NCBI RefSeq assembly: GCF_964355755.1
Contig: NC_092674.1
Location: forward strand, 8,742,001-8,806,000
DNA length: 64,000 nucleotides
Reading direction: 5' to 3'
Source: Antedon mediterranea
Taxonomy: Eukaryota; Animalia; Echinodermata
The position numbers and the translations under genes are program-made. This document shows positions 13,239 through 27,509 of this stretch, one piece after another. Under the pieces are notes generated by a model that saw only the letters and a program-made list of their open reading frames with translations, was not told the origin of the DNA and made no database searches. Numbering within the stretch: position 1 is the stretch's first letter; each line of letters opens with the position of its first letter.

Positions 13239-16200
13239 TATTTCGAGATCATAGCTACTTATTACATCATTAGAAAACAAGCATTCAGATTTTTAAAATG
13301 GTAGTTTAGGGAGTGCCTTATTTTTATACAAATTTAGAGGAGTGGGTATAATATATAATAATTGCAGTCATAAATATTTATCTATCTATTTAATATGGAT
13401 AAACTTTATATTATAGAATGTATTTTGATTAATAGCATATTATTTTGTAAGTGAATAGTTAAGATAACTGCAGAATATTAAATTATACAACATATTGCGA
13501 TCAAATTTCCATTGGGTCAAATTTCCACAGGAAATAAAACGGAAATATAGATATCATGTATTTAACTAAATGAGATCAGTTTTTCCTTTAAATTATCATA
13601 TTACATGCAAAATTTAATTTATATTCATACAAATAGAACAGTTGATTGCTAGGATGTAGCCAGTGCAACAGATTGTTGCAATCCCACACTTGTGCCAAAA
13701 AACCTGCTTGCTTTCCATGGTTAAGGGTTAGGCCGACGATGGCACCTTGCAAACACTCATAAAACCTCGATATTGTACCTGGTTGTAATATAATTTCTGT
13801 GTATCTAAACTTTTACTTTTATTTATTGTAAGTTAGCAAATAACATTACCGTTATTTGTATTTATTTTCGCTGACATGTCAACTTTTGCACAATGAAATC
13901 TGGGTTGGTATACAGCGTCCCCATCCCTAATGAAATTTCCGTTGTGTCTCTGATACACACAACACAACTCTGTTTCAACTTTTTACATACAGCAAACATA
14001 TTTGGGAGGTTGTACGTTTTCTTATGCAGATACTGTATATTCTTTTACTCAAATTCTTTTAGCTCATTAATATTATGTCCTCTATGTTTACACAATTAGG
14101 GCTTAATTTTAAAACCTTGCTTAAAATGTGGAGGGAAAGATGAGAAAATACTATCTATGAGCTGTTCATTCAATGATAGTCCCCACCTTAAAACATTCCT
14201 GCTATACTTTCAAAAGTATTTGATGAAAGAACTTTGACTTATAAAACTACTTATGTTTCTTTTTTAAGCTGCAGGACTAAGTTTGTAAACAAAGAAAGTC
14301 AATATGCATTAAGCTAAAGAAGTTTGTTCAATCTACTTGATATAAATTTACATAAAGATTTTATACAATAAATATTTGAGTTGGAATTGGAATGTTAGTA
14401 GGCATTTGTATTTTCCAAAATAATAAAAAATGTTTTCGATATATAAACATTTTTGTTTTGAATTTGATTGGCTAATCTTGTTGGTATGTACCTGAGTGGG
14501 ATACTGTACATGTTTCTACATCGTTTTTGGCTATAAAACTCCCACTGACAAATTAATGAAAAAAATGCTTTGTTGCTATAAATAACTTCAGTATTGACTG
14601 TAGTTTGTCACGTTTGCACACAAGCACAATCAAATGTACGAATAATTTAATATAAAAGCATGTACTGTATTTGTTATTAATAAAAGAGATTAGTCAGATG
14701 TTTTGTCCTACTCCTAATTTGTACTTTATACTAAGTACATTGAGAATACCGTAAATAATCACTGTATATATTTTGTATTTAATATTTTTATATAAAAATC
14801 ACTGTAAATACACATTATTATGGTTACCATTATAATAATACCAAAAAAATGTACGATTGATTGAATAAAGTTCACATATAATACTTGGTAATTCTTGGGA
14901 CGTGAACCAATGACATCCAGATCAATAGCCTGGTGTTTATACCTCTAGTTCATTCCTCTCTATGTAAAGAAATTATTAATAGCAGAAATAAGAACATTTT
15001 GAGACTGAAACTGAATTTGAAATATTTTATCAATCATGAATTGAAATTGTTTACATGAATTAGAAAGAACATTACAAAATGCAAATGAACATTACTGTAG
15101 TACCAGTAATTATCAATATCATTGTATTTAAAATTTCTATAAAAAAAAAAAACTAGTTGGGAAAAACCCTTTGATATCCCATACTATTTATACTGTTGAC
15201 AAAATAAACCTTATGTAAAGACCAGTCAAGCATGACAAACCATTCAAGCATGAATGATCATTGAAGCATGACCGTAAGTAATTGTGTATGACAGGAGATG
15301 GGTGGCAAAGAACAGAAATTTATCAGTTCGCTTCAAATTATAAAGGATGTCAAATAAGTGAAAACCATGGAGCTAATAGCTCCATGTGAAAACCATTTAT
15401 CCAATGAATGCATTCATGCATGACATAATATGACATAATTCTCTGACATGTTTCCGTTTCCTTTGATTGTTTTTTTCATCAAATACAATTTTTTAAGTGG
15501 GGTTATTTAATTTTTCCCAATGGAATATTTGCCTTTGGCATTGCTTTTGTTATTTGTTATCTATTCTAAATATCTACAGTATTTATAGTATATCAAAAAC
15601 AATACAATTATTATAAATAAATATTACAAAAACAATAAAATATTTGTCACGTGTACTGTAGTACAAGTTTCTATAAAAACATGTATAGTAAGACAATTTT
15701 TTCTAGTAAGTACGTCATTCAGATTTTTTTTTTTATGATCCCATCATCTTGTGATATTGACTACAGTGACTAAATATTGAAAGTAAATCAGACATTTATA
15801 CCAATACTATGGTAGTGGTACTGTGTTGTACAAAAAAAATATAGGAAATGATAATTCTATTGTGAAATATTCCACTTGTTTCATTTTTGGTAATACTTAC
15901 ACTGCAAAAAAGGCTTTTAGAAATATTACATCAACCACAAGGCATTAACATTTATTGGTGACGACAACAGAAGGCCTGTAATTGCTAGCTGCTCAGCCAA
16001 TTGGTTACACCTTCGCTTTACTAATAATAGCCTCGTTGTATTATGTGAACAATCGGCTATGAAATCCGATATGAAAGTCGTACAGGTTACAGGAGGTTGT
16101 CCAGTATTATTTATAATATAATGTACCAGTATTTAATATTCCTGTTTTTTGTTTTTTTATTGTAATATGTGTATTTTTTGAAAAAAAAAAGAAATTAAAT

Positions 16201-17772
16201 TTTATGTTATGTTTTTATTTCACATACCGTAGTATTTTGTAACTGTAAAAATAAACTTTACAATAGCCATGCTATATGTGGCCAAGAAAACTTCCTAGTC
16301 TAATTATTAGAACATGCATCTCATATACACTGTTTCATTCATTATCAGGAACGAATTTATCAATTTAATGTTCATGCTTCATATAGAAATACATTTTATT
16401 TTTAAGTTTAATGTTGTATTAAAGTTGACAAAAAAAACTGTTAAGAAATGTCATGTTAATAAATGATGATAGAAAATGATATGGCAATAGGCCTACTGCT
16501 GATTTTTTTTCATTATATTTTTGCGAAGAAAACATTACAGTATATTAATTTTGATTCAAATCCCAGTTAATCTTAATATTTTGTGATATTAAATGAAACA
16601 ATTTTGCGCAAACCTCATGTGATGTTGTATCCTTGAATTATCTACGGTATGAGTGGCAGAGTGTCTCCTAAATGCTAGCCTAAAATACAGCTGTTACTGA
16701 CCTCCGAATCTATTACACAAATTCTCGACTGTAATTGAGAATTCAGGAAATCAGGCTATCACAGAACTAGAGATTGCGAATACCCGAATTCCCTGCCCAT
16801 TTGTACTCACACTGTGATTGTAAGCTGGAGGCCTAGCCATGGTCGCCACTGTTATTGATATAGGCCTTGCGGTATGCATGCCTATTATTATGTATGGCAG
16901 CTAAGTAGAGAGCATTATTGATAGTCATCAGAATTTGAAAAGATAACTGATACTGATGATGTCATTGGGAAATCCCCATAATGCTATTCATTTAGTAAAG
17001 AAAGACAAGTAATGTCCTGATGATGTCACAATTCCTTGCGTTTCTATTCTATTTCCAGAAATCAATACATGATTTCCCTTATTTTTCTTGTTGTCAATGT
17101 TATAGCTTTGTGTGGGTGTTTTATAACTGATACCATTTAAAGTTTGACTGCTTTAACTGTACTTGTCTTTATTTTATTTTGGAAGCGAACATTAAATTGT
17201 GTGTGCTTAAAATCACTTTGTTTTGTTACATTAATGTATTCTGTGCAGTAGCACAAAAGTGATCAGTGGAAACATGCCCATTTGAAAGATTTTGTTGTAT
17301 TCAGTAAGTCGTTAAATTATACACATGAACTTTTTAAAATGCTAAGACTGAGACAGTTAGGTTCCATTTCTTGGTGGTAGCAAGGGTGGAAGGGAGTTTT
17401 TATCCTCTGCAATCCACAATGTTTAATTTGTTTAATAATTAATAAGTTTCTCAAGGGGTAAACCTATTTTTAGAAAAAGTACCGTAAGCATTTTGGATCT
17501 GAGATCTGCCTCTAATAATTCAAGACCACTATGGGACAATACTGTAGGTTTCAAAGACGTGCTTCAAAGAACAGATTTACTTGGAATTGCTAAATTGAAT
17601 TTGATTAAATTTGTGAAAAGTAAAATATTTGTAACTTTTCCTTTTTTCTTTCTGCCATCAAAGATTCAATGTGACAACTTTACAATCTTAACCAATGATT
17701 CAAAGATATATGGTAAAATGTTAATGTGCTATTCATCTTCTTTTTCTAGTTGTTACTCAAGAAAGCTGTGCC

Positions 17773-18343
17773 ATGTCCACTTCAAAAACATTAAGCAACA
17801 CACCAGCGGTCAGTACGACTGACCAGAACTGCAACAAAGATAAACCCCCTGCAATTTTGCTAAACGGGGACATTCCGGCTATGGACATTAATACAAACGG
17901 AACAGATGATATGAAGACACAAAAAGGTATTATTCTCGAAAACGGAACCAAAATTTGCACTCCAGAAAATATCTCAAATGGACAGGAACAAAATGGACAA
18001 TATGTAAATGGACCTCTTAATCAGGAATACACAACGCATACAGGAGAAATGACTTGTCAAACGGGAGAGTTTTGCCCATTTACGCCGCCATTTGAACCCG
18101 TCCGACAGTTTATTCCACATGGATCTTATTTAACGCAACAAGACTATATTAATTCGCAAATTTCGCAAGATTTTTCAACACATGAATGTCAAACAACAGA
18201 TATGACCCAGGGTCAAATGTCAGATATGGGTCAAGACGATGGGGGAGGTCAGGTGCCAGATCAGAAGTATGAATTTTATATCCATATAAAAGCCGGAGAG
18301 GCTTTTCCGGTTGGGAATGGAGAGCAAGTGCAATATATACATG
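17773..18343 (+). CDS. FNDC3: FNDC3 coding exon 1 (N-terminal region)
   Basis: Acceptor ttcatcttctttttctag ends at 17749, ATG in gtgccATG context at 17773, donor G|gtaagt at 18344 (phase 1). Encodes MSTSK...GEQVQYIH. Confidence 0.9.
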
Positions 18344-19260
18344 GTAAGTATAATAAAAATTTCCTTTAATTGAATTTTTGACAGTCTTTCCATGACAATC
18401 TTGGGTTGGTTCAAAATGTCCTATTTTCCAGAGAAAGTCTTGCTTTTTTCAGAATGCTACTGTAGGAATCTAAAGTATTCTTCACCCTGATTTTGATCCA
18501 CTACATTAACAACATAAAAATCTGTAAATTAATTAGTTATTAATTAGTCCACTTAAAGCTACATTAGCCACTAAAACCAGCAAGGATCTTTCAAATAAAA
18601 TGTGTATCATATTCATGTAGTTAATAGGTCAGTGACCTGGGACCAACTGAGAAATTGAAGTCTTGTAGATTATGTGAATATATTGATTTTTCAGGGATTG
18701 ACTTAAAAAATTGTCAGCTTGACATCCGCAATTAAATTTGATTGATTATAATTTGATTGATTGATTGGTGCATTATACAACACATCCAGAAATGTTCTAT
18801 TGTTCAGTCATGCATGATGTGTTCAAATTAATAGAACAATTATAAGGTTTTATCTTACATTTTAAACACTTAAAAATTAATTGACCTTATGACGTAATGT
18901 GCAACAATGGTACAATTCAATCTGATGTGGAGAATTTCTAGTGTTTCATTCAAACGCCATTGTTCAAAGTGAATTAAAATTTATAACTATTTATGGCTTC
19001 GTTAATCAAATACATTCATATATTAAGATTCCAAACAATGTATTCAGTAAAGATAGAAATACAATAGAACACACTTTACAATAAAGACATCACAATAGAA
19101 ACAAAAAGGAACAAAGTACTGTATGTTAATTGATTAGTTGGAAGGTCCAAATTAGGAACAATTTTTTGTTGATATAATATATCAAATATAATTTAAATTT
19201 TTGTTCTGGGATAAATTTGGTATTTTTACAGTATTTTTTTTAATAAAATCATTTGAACAT

Positions 19261-19595
19261 CAACATATGGCCGAGCGGTTAAGGCAGGGGCGCCGTTTAC
19301 CGTACCTAAAGAGCCAACAACATCGGCAAGGGTTCGAGGCCGACTCGCTCCTAGTTCTGGTGGTGAAACAAGTCTTCTCGGATAAGGACTATAAACCGTA
19401 GGTCCAGTGTACACAGTTATAACCTGTGTGTACTTTAAAGAACCCAGTTGATTATTCGAAAAGAGTAGGGGGTTACCCCGGTGAACTGGTTCACACAATA
19501 GCCCCTGTATCAGGGGGATTACCACCTATCTGATAGGACAGTGATTAATTCACTATTGGTAATCCTTGGCCACATTGCCTAAAAACATAAAATAC
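19261..19595 (+). mobile_element. tRNA-derived SINE with Nin/Deu central domain
   Basis: Box A TGGCCGAGCGGTTAAGG and box B GGTTCGAGGCC, then CTCGGATAAGGACTATAAACCGTAGGTCC...TAAAGAACCC...TTCGAAAAGAGTAGGGGGTTACCCCGGTG, matching the recalled Nin/Deu-SINE domain. A-rich tail. Confidence 0.8.
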
Positions 19596-19695
19596 TGTAA
19601 AATAAAATTTTAATACAAAAATTGTTTAAAATAATAAAATGTTTTTAAGATTTACTGTACAGTTACTGGATTATGGATTTTATTATTTATTTCAG

Positions 19696-20115
19696 GCCCA
19701 ACATTTATTCGGTTGCTTGCAAGCTCACCGCAGATGCCCCAGTTAAACATTGTACACACAGGGCATGGGCCTGTACCCCTCCCATCAAACATGGGCATGG
19801 CATCCACAAATATGCCAACGAACGTTGCACTAACACCAACGATGCAGGAGGGGGACAACTTGCAACAGGGTGTGTACAACGCAGGCCCTGGTATTGTGCA
19901 ACAACAAATGTACACCCAGTTCCAAGGTATTCAAATATATAACCAGATGATAGCTTATAATCCTAATATGCCTCCTCCTCCTCCTCCTCACATGCCACCT
20001 CACGTACCACAGAATCCACCCAATTTGAGACCAATGCAGCCGCACGTTGCGATTCCACGCTTCAATCATCATCAGCATAGTCCTCCACAAACGAATGATC
20101 AGCCACATATACAAG
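19696..20115 (+). CDS. FNDC3: FNDC3 coding exon 2 (Pro/Gln-rich)
   Basis: Acceptor tttatttcag|GC gives GPTFIRLLASSPQ...PPPPPPHM...QPHIQ. Donor G|gtacgt, phase 1/1. Confidence 0.92.
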
Positions 20116-20859
20116 GTACGTTGAATTTATAATTATTTTTTTCATAGATCTGATCAATAGTGTATTACGCAGAGGCCTGCGGCCCTGGTTTAGGACTGTC
20201 AAATGATAGAGGTATCTGGCATTTTTAGCCTTTTTTGATATATTTTAATGCCCTTTTCACTTCAGCCTGGCTCAGGGGCTACTATAAGCTCCTCTGGGTT
20301 TAGCCAGTGAGTGCTCATAGCCGTTAAACCACTGGATTTGATTGTTGGTCAATTCAAACCTTTAAATCGGGGTACTGGGCATGGCAACATAGTTGTGATA
20401 GCTCCTGTTTCTGATGCAATATCCTTAAAATACTGTAATTTACAGTAACCCAATTTATACATTTGATCTTTCATCTTTGGTAACTTATGGATGCATGATG
20501 CATTTTATGTGAAATAAAAACACTGTAGCCTTGGAAATTATAAAGTGATTAATTATATTCTTTTTTATTATCTGTATGTAAATTTCTTTTGTGTGTGTGT
20601 ATGTGGGAAGATACATAATTTCTCTTAATATATGACCAAGGATGAATTATTTCTTTCCAATGAAATGTATTTTATTATTGAGGATAAATTAAAAGTGTTT
20701 GTCAATGAGATTGAACAATTTTCAGGTGCAGATAGGGGAGCGCTAACAATAACATACAGTACATACAATATTAATAGTCTGTCAAAATGAGGCATCAAAG
20801 GGTACCGGTAGTTGATTATTTCATTTTAGCTGAGGGGGTGCACCTACCCCATGCACAAT

Positions 20860-21400
20860 CCCTCCTTGATCCACCCTTCTTTTGACGGAAAATTAATAAT
20901 TAATTATATATTATTTATTTTTATTATATTACATATTTATATTATATTTTTTTTATTGAATACAACCATTGAAAAAAAAAAGAAATACTATAGTATAGTT
21001 GAGAGTTACGTAACTCAAAATATCCCTCCTTAATCCACCCTTTTGATGGAAAATTTTATAATTTCAATTTTTTTAAATAAAATATAACCATTGAATAAAA
21101 ACCAGTAAAATACTATAGTGAAGAGAATACATAACTCCAAAATTTTCCTCCTTAATCCACCCTTTTGATGGAAAATTTAATAATTTCAATTTTTTTAAAT
21201 AAAATATAACCATTGAATAAAAACCATTAAAATACTATAGTGAAGAGAATACGTAACTCCAAAATTTTCCTCCTTGATCCAACCTTCATTTGATGGAAAA
21301 TTAAATAATTAATTTTACTTTTTTTTTAAATAAAATACAACCAGTGAAAAAATACCAGTAAAATACTATATTGAAGTGTTGCGTAACTCCAACATTTTAT
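20860..21400. repeat. ~121-bp tandem repeat, about 4 copies
   Basis: cctccttaatccacccttttgatggaaaatt...aaaatactatagtgaagagaatacgtaactccaaaattt recurs at ~20861, 21025, 21147 and 21268. Confidence 0.85.
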
Positions 21401-22206
21401 GGGGAAGGAATTAAAATTGTTTTTTATTTTCCCGTATATCTTTTTATATTTATATGCTTTTCAATAGACACGCCTTCTGCTCATCATCACCATTACAGCA
21501 TCTTGCATATTACATCCTGTTTGGTAATGAATGATATTGTTGCAAGGATGGATGAATATTAAACATAATGAGCAATATACAATACATTTTTTATCAGATT
21601 TCTCAACTTGCTATAATTAATTTCAGTAGTCTTGATAAAAACAAATGTCAATAGAAAATATAAATTTTAAAGTATATTTTTACAAATAATGTGAGCATCA
21701 AGTGGTGCACGGCGGCACACACAGATTGTTTTTTTCTTGGATTCAAATCTTCCCCTGTTTCGATTCACAATTTGTTATGGGATAACAAGGTAGTTTTTTT
21801 CCTTGATTGACAAGTTAATTATCTGATCTCAATCCAAGGGTTCTCATTTGTATTCTCGTGACAATATAGTGTTTTGGTCATTATTTTCTCTCGCATTAAT
21901 GATCTTTAAACCGGATGTGTCATTATTTATCCTTAGGCTATGATGCTCTCATCTCCAGGATGGCTGTCTTTACATTCCTTCATGTTCATAGTTGCCCATA
22001 TGACGCATACTAACATAGCGCACACAGCGTCAAATGTTACCTTGCGTATCAATGCACATTCTGCACTTTAACCTAAATGGTGTTGAATTAAACAATTAAA
22101 GAAGGCCAATCATCTGTATATTAAATTCTCCACGTTTTATTTTATACTGTAGGTATATTCCTGTCTTTTACAATAGAAAAAGTTTACATTTTTCACTCAC
22201 ATTTTT

Positions 22207-22582
22207 GTTTTCTCCTCCCTTTGTAAAAACTTTCTGTTTTCTCCTCCCTTTGTAAAACTTTCTGTTTTATCCTCCCTTTGTAAAACTTTCTGTTTCTCCT
22301 CCCTTTGTAAAACTTTCTGTTTTCTTCTCCCTTTGTAAAACTTTCTGTTTTCTCCTCCCTTTGTAAAACTTTCTGTTTTCTCCTCCCTTTGTAAAACTTT
22401 CTGTTTTCTCCTCCCTTTGTAAAACTTTCTGTTTTCTCCTCCCTTTGTAAAACTTTCTGTTTTCTCCTCCCTTTGTAAAACTTTCTGTTTTCTCCTCCCT
22501 TTTTAAAACTTTCTGTTTCTCCTCCCTTTGTAAAACTTTCTGTTTTCTCCTCCCTTTGTAAAACTTTCTGTTTTCTCCTCCC
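22207..22582. repeat. 29-bp minisatellite, about 13 copies
   Basis: Unit TTTCTCCTCCCTTTGTAAAACTTTCTGTT. Confidence 0.95.
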
Positions 22583-23505
22583 ATGTTGTCCTGTAGTCTG
22601 TTTTTCACATTGCTTTAATACTAATGTATTTATAATTAGTGATTTGCATGGTTTTTACATTACAGATATTAACCATGCATGATATGTCAATTAAGAGGTA
22701 TCTGCACAGAAATCTCCAGTGAGATCTAATGAAACATATTCAATGCAGTCTTCTTTAACCATTTTTGAGTACAGTACAGTTTTGTTCCTCGCATCCAACA
22801 GGCAGTCTTCTCTAGCATCCAAATATATGCTGGGTCCGACTGTTGAAGGGCTTCCTTGTTAACGTATAGAGTTAGGCCATTGATTGTTTCGTTCAAGTTT
22901 CAATAAACATTTATTTTAAAATGGTCATTTTTTTTCATTACAAACAATATTATAACAATAAACAATAATTAACAATTTGACCATTTTAGGGATCAAAATT
23001 AAATGTTTAACTTGTCTCACAGTGACCCCTCACATTAGTGAGTGTGATAAGGCCCAATATAAAAATAAGAGGTAGATACAGGATTTTTTAAATGGGGAAG
23101 TACTAATAATAAATTAATTAATAACAATTTTAGCTGTCAAAAGGAGGTGGGGGGGGGGGGAGGCACACGGTCTAAGCACTACCTTGAGAATATTGATTTA
23201 AATGGGAGAATAATAATAATCAAGTTTATTATTATCTATAAAAATCAATTAAAAATATATTTTTTATTTGTGGTCTGGTGGTTAAGATGCTTACCCTAAG
23301 TGAAAAGGCGAAGGTCCAAATCGGTCAATCAGTTTTTGGATATTTTTCGTTGGTGGAACTATTCATAGTGAATGAATAATTATTAATTTAAATGTTAATA
23401 CAATTCAATTCAAATTTATTGACCTCCCTTCCATATAAAAACTGTAAAAAAAACACATCAGAATGAAGATTCACACGAAGAAGAAATATTTTTTTTGATA
23501 CTTAA

Positions 23506-24113
23506 AGACACCTTCCCTACAATTGGTGATGTTTTGTAAAAATAATACATATATATAAATATTACTTTAAAAACATTAAACCAGGTCATGTCATTCCTTG
23601 TCTTAAATGTACGTTTTATGGTAAATTATAATAAAAACTGATAAACAATGCACTACCTCTCGTGGACGGTCTTTAGGCCTAGCCTAGCTAGGCTTAGTTT
23701 TGTAGGCCTAGCTGGTAAACATCGGTAACGTACGAACATCGTACGCTAGCTATATACCTAGCCTGACGTATAGTTTCTGCATTAATTGTCTTTCTATTTT
23801 TGCCAGACTCTGTTGATACAAATTGGGGAAAACCCGGTATTTTCGCTGATAAGTTAGGAGTCTTCCATTTGTTTTGGCCTCACGATCGATCGAAAAATGG
23901 GTGAATTACAGAAAAAAAACAAAAATATCAATCACCGCGCAATGCATTTCGGGATTTATAGTGGGCCGCTATATTTAGAATCAACTTATTTTTCACATTT
24001 TTAACCATTTAAAGACGAAAAAAGTTATCGCAATAGGACCATATAGTATTATTTTTACATTCAATATAGTTTGTGATCTTAAATTAGATCTAAAAAACGT
24101 AGGGTAGGTGTCT
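23506..24113. mobile_element. Kolobok-like non-autonomous DNA transposon
   Basis: TTAA|AGACACCTTCCCTAC ... GTAGGGTAGGTGTCT|TTAA. TTAA target duplication and AG termini are typical of Kolobok. Confidence 0.75.
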
Positions 24114-25439
24114 TTAATTTCACTTGTTTTTCCTGTTTTATTTTTATATCAAATCTCATTTTTCCAGTATTCATTTTTTATGATAGATGTCCATGATATA
24201 AACTTTTCAATTAAATTAAACTTTATTAATATCACATTTCACCATTTGGTTACTTAATACTAGCTGTCTATAAAAATACTTTACTTCACTTTAATGTAAC
24301 AGATTAATGGTGCTTTGAAATCATACTAAAACTTGAACTACTGTACTGTACTGTACTTGGAAAAAGTTGATCATTTACATAATAATAAACAATAACACTG
24401 CCACATGTAGTGTCAAAGGTCATGTCATATGTCATCAGTCCACCATATTGAAGAGAGTCCCAGATGTGTAGAGTTGGGTTGATTTCAAGTACAGCTTTCA
24501 AATAAATTGACTAAATAGTTTGCAATCTCTCAGTTTGTGACGGTTTTTGAAATATTGTCACATTGTATTGTGATATGTTACTATGGGTGAGTTTTGCAAA
24601 AGGTGCAGATTAAAACAGTTTTTTGGAAGTATCAGTATGAACTTGGCCTAGCTAGCAAGCTAGCTAGCACTAGTAGGCCTTCCTTCCAAGTTCAGCCTAA
24701 ATAGCTGGACCCTCATGACTCAGGTCCCAGGACACTGTAAAATTCCAGCTTTACTTTACTTTATTCAAAATTGAATGTCTATATTTTGTATGGTTAAAAT
24801 CACTAGAAAGAACATTAACTACCTAGCTACAAACTTTATTGCCAATTACACATGCTTACATTTAGCAGCTAGCCTAGTCTTATTTTCTGATATTTAGGCC
24901 TAGGTTATTAAATTAAGTCAACAATTTCACACCAAAGAACTACTGTAAAACTACCAGAACCGACTAGAATAATACATTTTAGAATAAAATTGCTTGGAAT
25001 TGGAGTTTAATAATATGATACTCTAATAACTACTGTTACTCTTTTGATTTTCTCATATAGCCACCTCGCATATACTTAAGTTAAAAATAGATTTTACCTC
25101 AACAGAACCCACATTACGTCATTTTACGAACCTAAAACTTAACCAATGTACGATAGAACTCTCGCTGAGGACACCCCTCCCTAAGGGACATACCTACAGT
25201 ATTAAGGGGACATTTTACAGCAAAACGAAAATAGGGCGATTATTCAAGGGACACTTTGTTGGTGCTAATGTCCTTCAAAAAGGGTTCAATAAAATCATTT
25301 TCTTTTCACTTTTTGTACATTCAAACTCGGTGCTTGATTTTTTCTTATACTCAAGTTGTCACAAATTAATCATTCATTTAGCTAGTTTAAAGAGAGACAT
25401 GTTATTGTTATTGTCCGTCACTACATTGTTTACTTCACA

Positions 25440-25860
25440 AACTATTTGGTATATTGGAATGATGATGCATTCTTCCCACATAATTTTGCTGCAGGCCCTG
25501 TCTGTATTCAGCCTATGCGGAATGGAACACATGCAATACATTAACGCCTATTATTTCAAACACTGGGGTGATGACCCGACCACCCAAAGAGTTCACATAA
25601 GTGAATTCCGCTTACGAAATGTGTGAATTACTGATAGTGTTCAATTGCTGGTAGAAATATAATGAGCAGAGACTTTCTCAAAAGTGGTTTGCACTCTGTA
25701 TAGATCTTCTTAATTGTGGATGGGGTCACCCTTGATTTAAAGCCAACTGTCAGCTAAACCGCCTTTTTATTAGGTGTACAATATGTCTAGGATGTGCAAC
25801 TCATCATTGTGTCATTTATTGTATCATTTACATACATTCCTAATTGGACCACATCTAGTT
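25440..25860 (-). pseudogene. Possible ancient LINE ORF2 remnant
   Basis: The minus-strand fragment VTPSTIKKIYTECKPLL weakly resembles the post-RT 'P.TL..IY...IRP.LEY' motif. Interrupted by stops. Confidence 0.2.
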
Positions 25861-27444
25861 CTACTGTAGACTGTATTTATGGTATTATGGAATTAGTAGT
25901 GTACTATAGGTCCCTGTATAGTATGTTATACATTGTCCAATAGCAGTTAAAGCACTACCTTTGTGGAGAATAGCAACATCCCATGCAGGTGTATTATAAA
26001 CCAGATCCTCTGCAGGGCATAAGGTTCCTATGCTTGTCTTATTTTGTACTGAATACTATTATTAGCGACAATTTATTCAAAGAACAATTAACATTGTGTG
26101 ATTGAAGTAGCCTCTGAGAATGTTTGTAGCATCTGAGATTTCTTCGTGGGTTTCTTTTTAGCGAGTTGAAATATGTGAGTTGCGAGTCAGAAAAGGATAA
26201 GATAAAAATTTGAATAATTTACATTCCAACCACCTGGTATGATTGATAGACTATAACTGAAAAAATGCTGTCCTATCGATTAATACAATAACATCTTCAA
26301 ATATATTTTAATATTTTTAAGTCTACATAATGGTGGTAATGGTAATGCAGCATCAGCTTAGAGGTTCAGGTTCGGATCCTATTGGAGTAATTTTATCACA
26401 TGATCATTAGTAGGGATAGTGTCTTTAAATAAATGACATTACGTTATTTTTAATATAATCACGACTTGTGATGCAGTACATTAAGGCTATGAATCAAATT
26501 AGAATAAGGTAACCTTTAAAATTAAAAAATAAAGTATAGAAAAATAATTTGTTGATTAATCAGTGTACATTAATTAAGTCATGACCTTAGCATCTGAAAT
26601 TGTAATTTCTTGTGACCTCTGTATAATTCTTAACATGGAGAAATTTGAAACAAGTTTAGTCTTATGTTGTCCTGTTTGTTGGCCCATGTGACCGGATTTC
26701 ACACACTCTGAATCTCAGAGGTTCCCTGGCAAGTATTTGAACAAGTCCCAGTACAGTAGTAGCAGCCATCTGTTTAAAGTAGAAAGTGCAATTGCTTTAT
26801 ATACAATGTCTATATTATGAGTCATGACAATGATGTTATTGTCATCTTGATTTGAAATATTGGTCTCCTGTCTGGAGTAGGGTGGGAGAAACTGAGGGAA
26901 GAAAGGAACCATTGATGGTTCATTGAGGTTCATGAAAGAGGGAGAGTAAAGGGTTAAATAATTTTAAATGATCCCCTGATAACACATTAATTAACCCTTA
27001 AGTTTTTAATTGCTTTCTGTCTGGATTCAGTGGTCCTTTGGAGGCCAATGTTTGAGACTGTGTAGTGACTAATAGCAAATATAAAACAAAATATTTTGAT
27101 GCCAATTATGCTACAGTACTTTCACGCAAAAAAATTAATTTATTTGCTGTTCAGTTTTTGTGAACAAATGACTAGATTTGAGCTTACCTCCATGATTTTA
27201 GTATGTTTCTGTTCTCTAGTGCCACCAACATACTGTATTCTGAATCTGTGTGCTTTGGAAACATGCAGCCATAAGTAGTCTAGGAATAAACTAAAATGAT
27301 AGGAGGATAGATAAATTCTTGACTAGAGGAAGTTTAATAAATAATACTAGTAATGAGAATTGAGTGTATTGGAATGTCACCAACGTTATCGAAAAACTTT
27401 CCTATTTCATGTTTGATATCATATCATTGATGATTATTAATTCT

Positions 27445-27509
27445 CAAATATAGTTACCTAGTATTAGTATAGTAAATTTTACTATACTAATACTAGGTAA
27501 CTATATTTG
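27445..27509. repeat. Perfect palindrome, 32-bp arms with a 1-nt spacer
   Basis: CAAATATAGTTACCTAGTATTAGTATAGTAAA-T-TTTACTATACTAATACTAGGTAACTATATTTG. Confidence 0.95.

Noticed and set aside
17059-17303. Possible 5' UTR exon (tttccag ... ca|gtaagt)
   Set aside because: Splice-like signals alone are common in AT-rich DNA. It cannot be supported without transcript data.
22207-22608. Regular 29-bp repeats (CRISPR-like length) and a 113-aa ORF
   Set aside because: The units are head-to-tail with no unique spacers, there are no cas genes, and the context is a eukaryotic intron.
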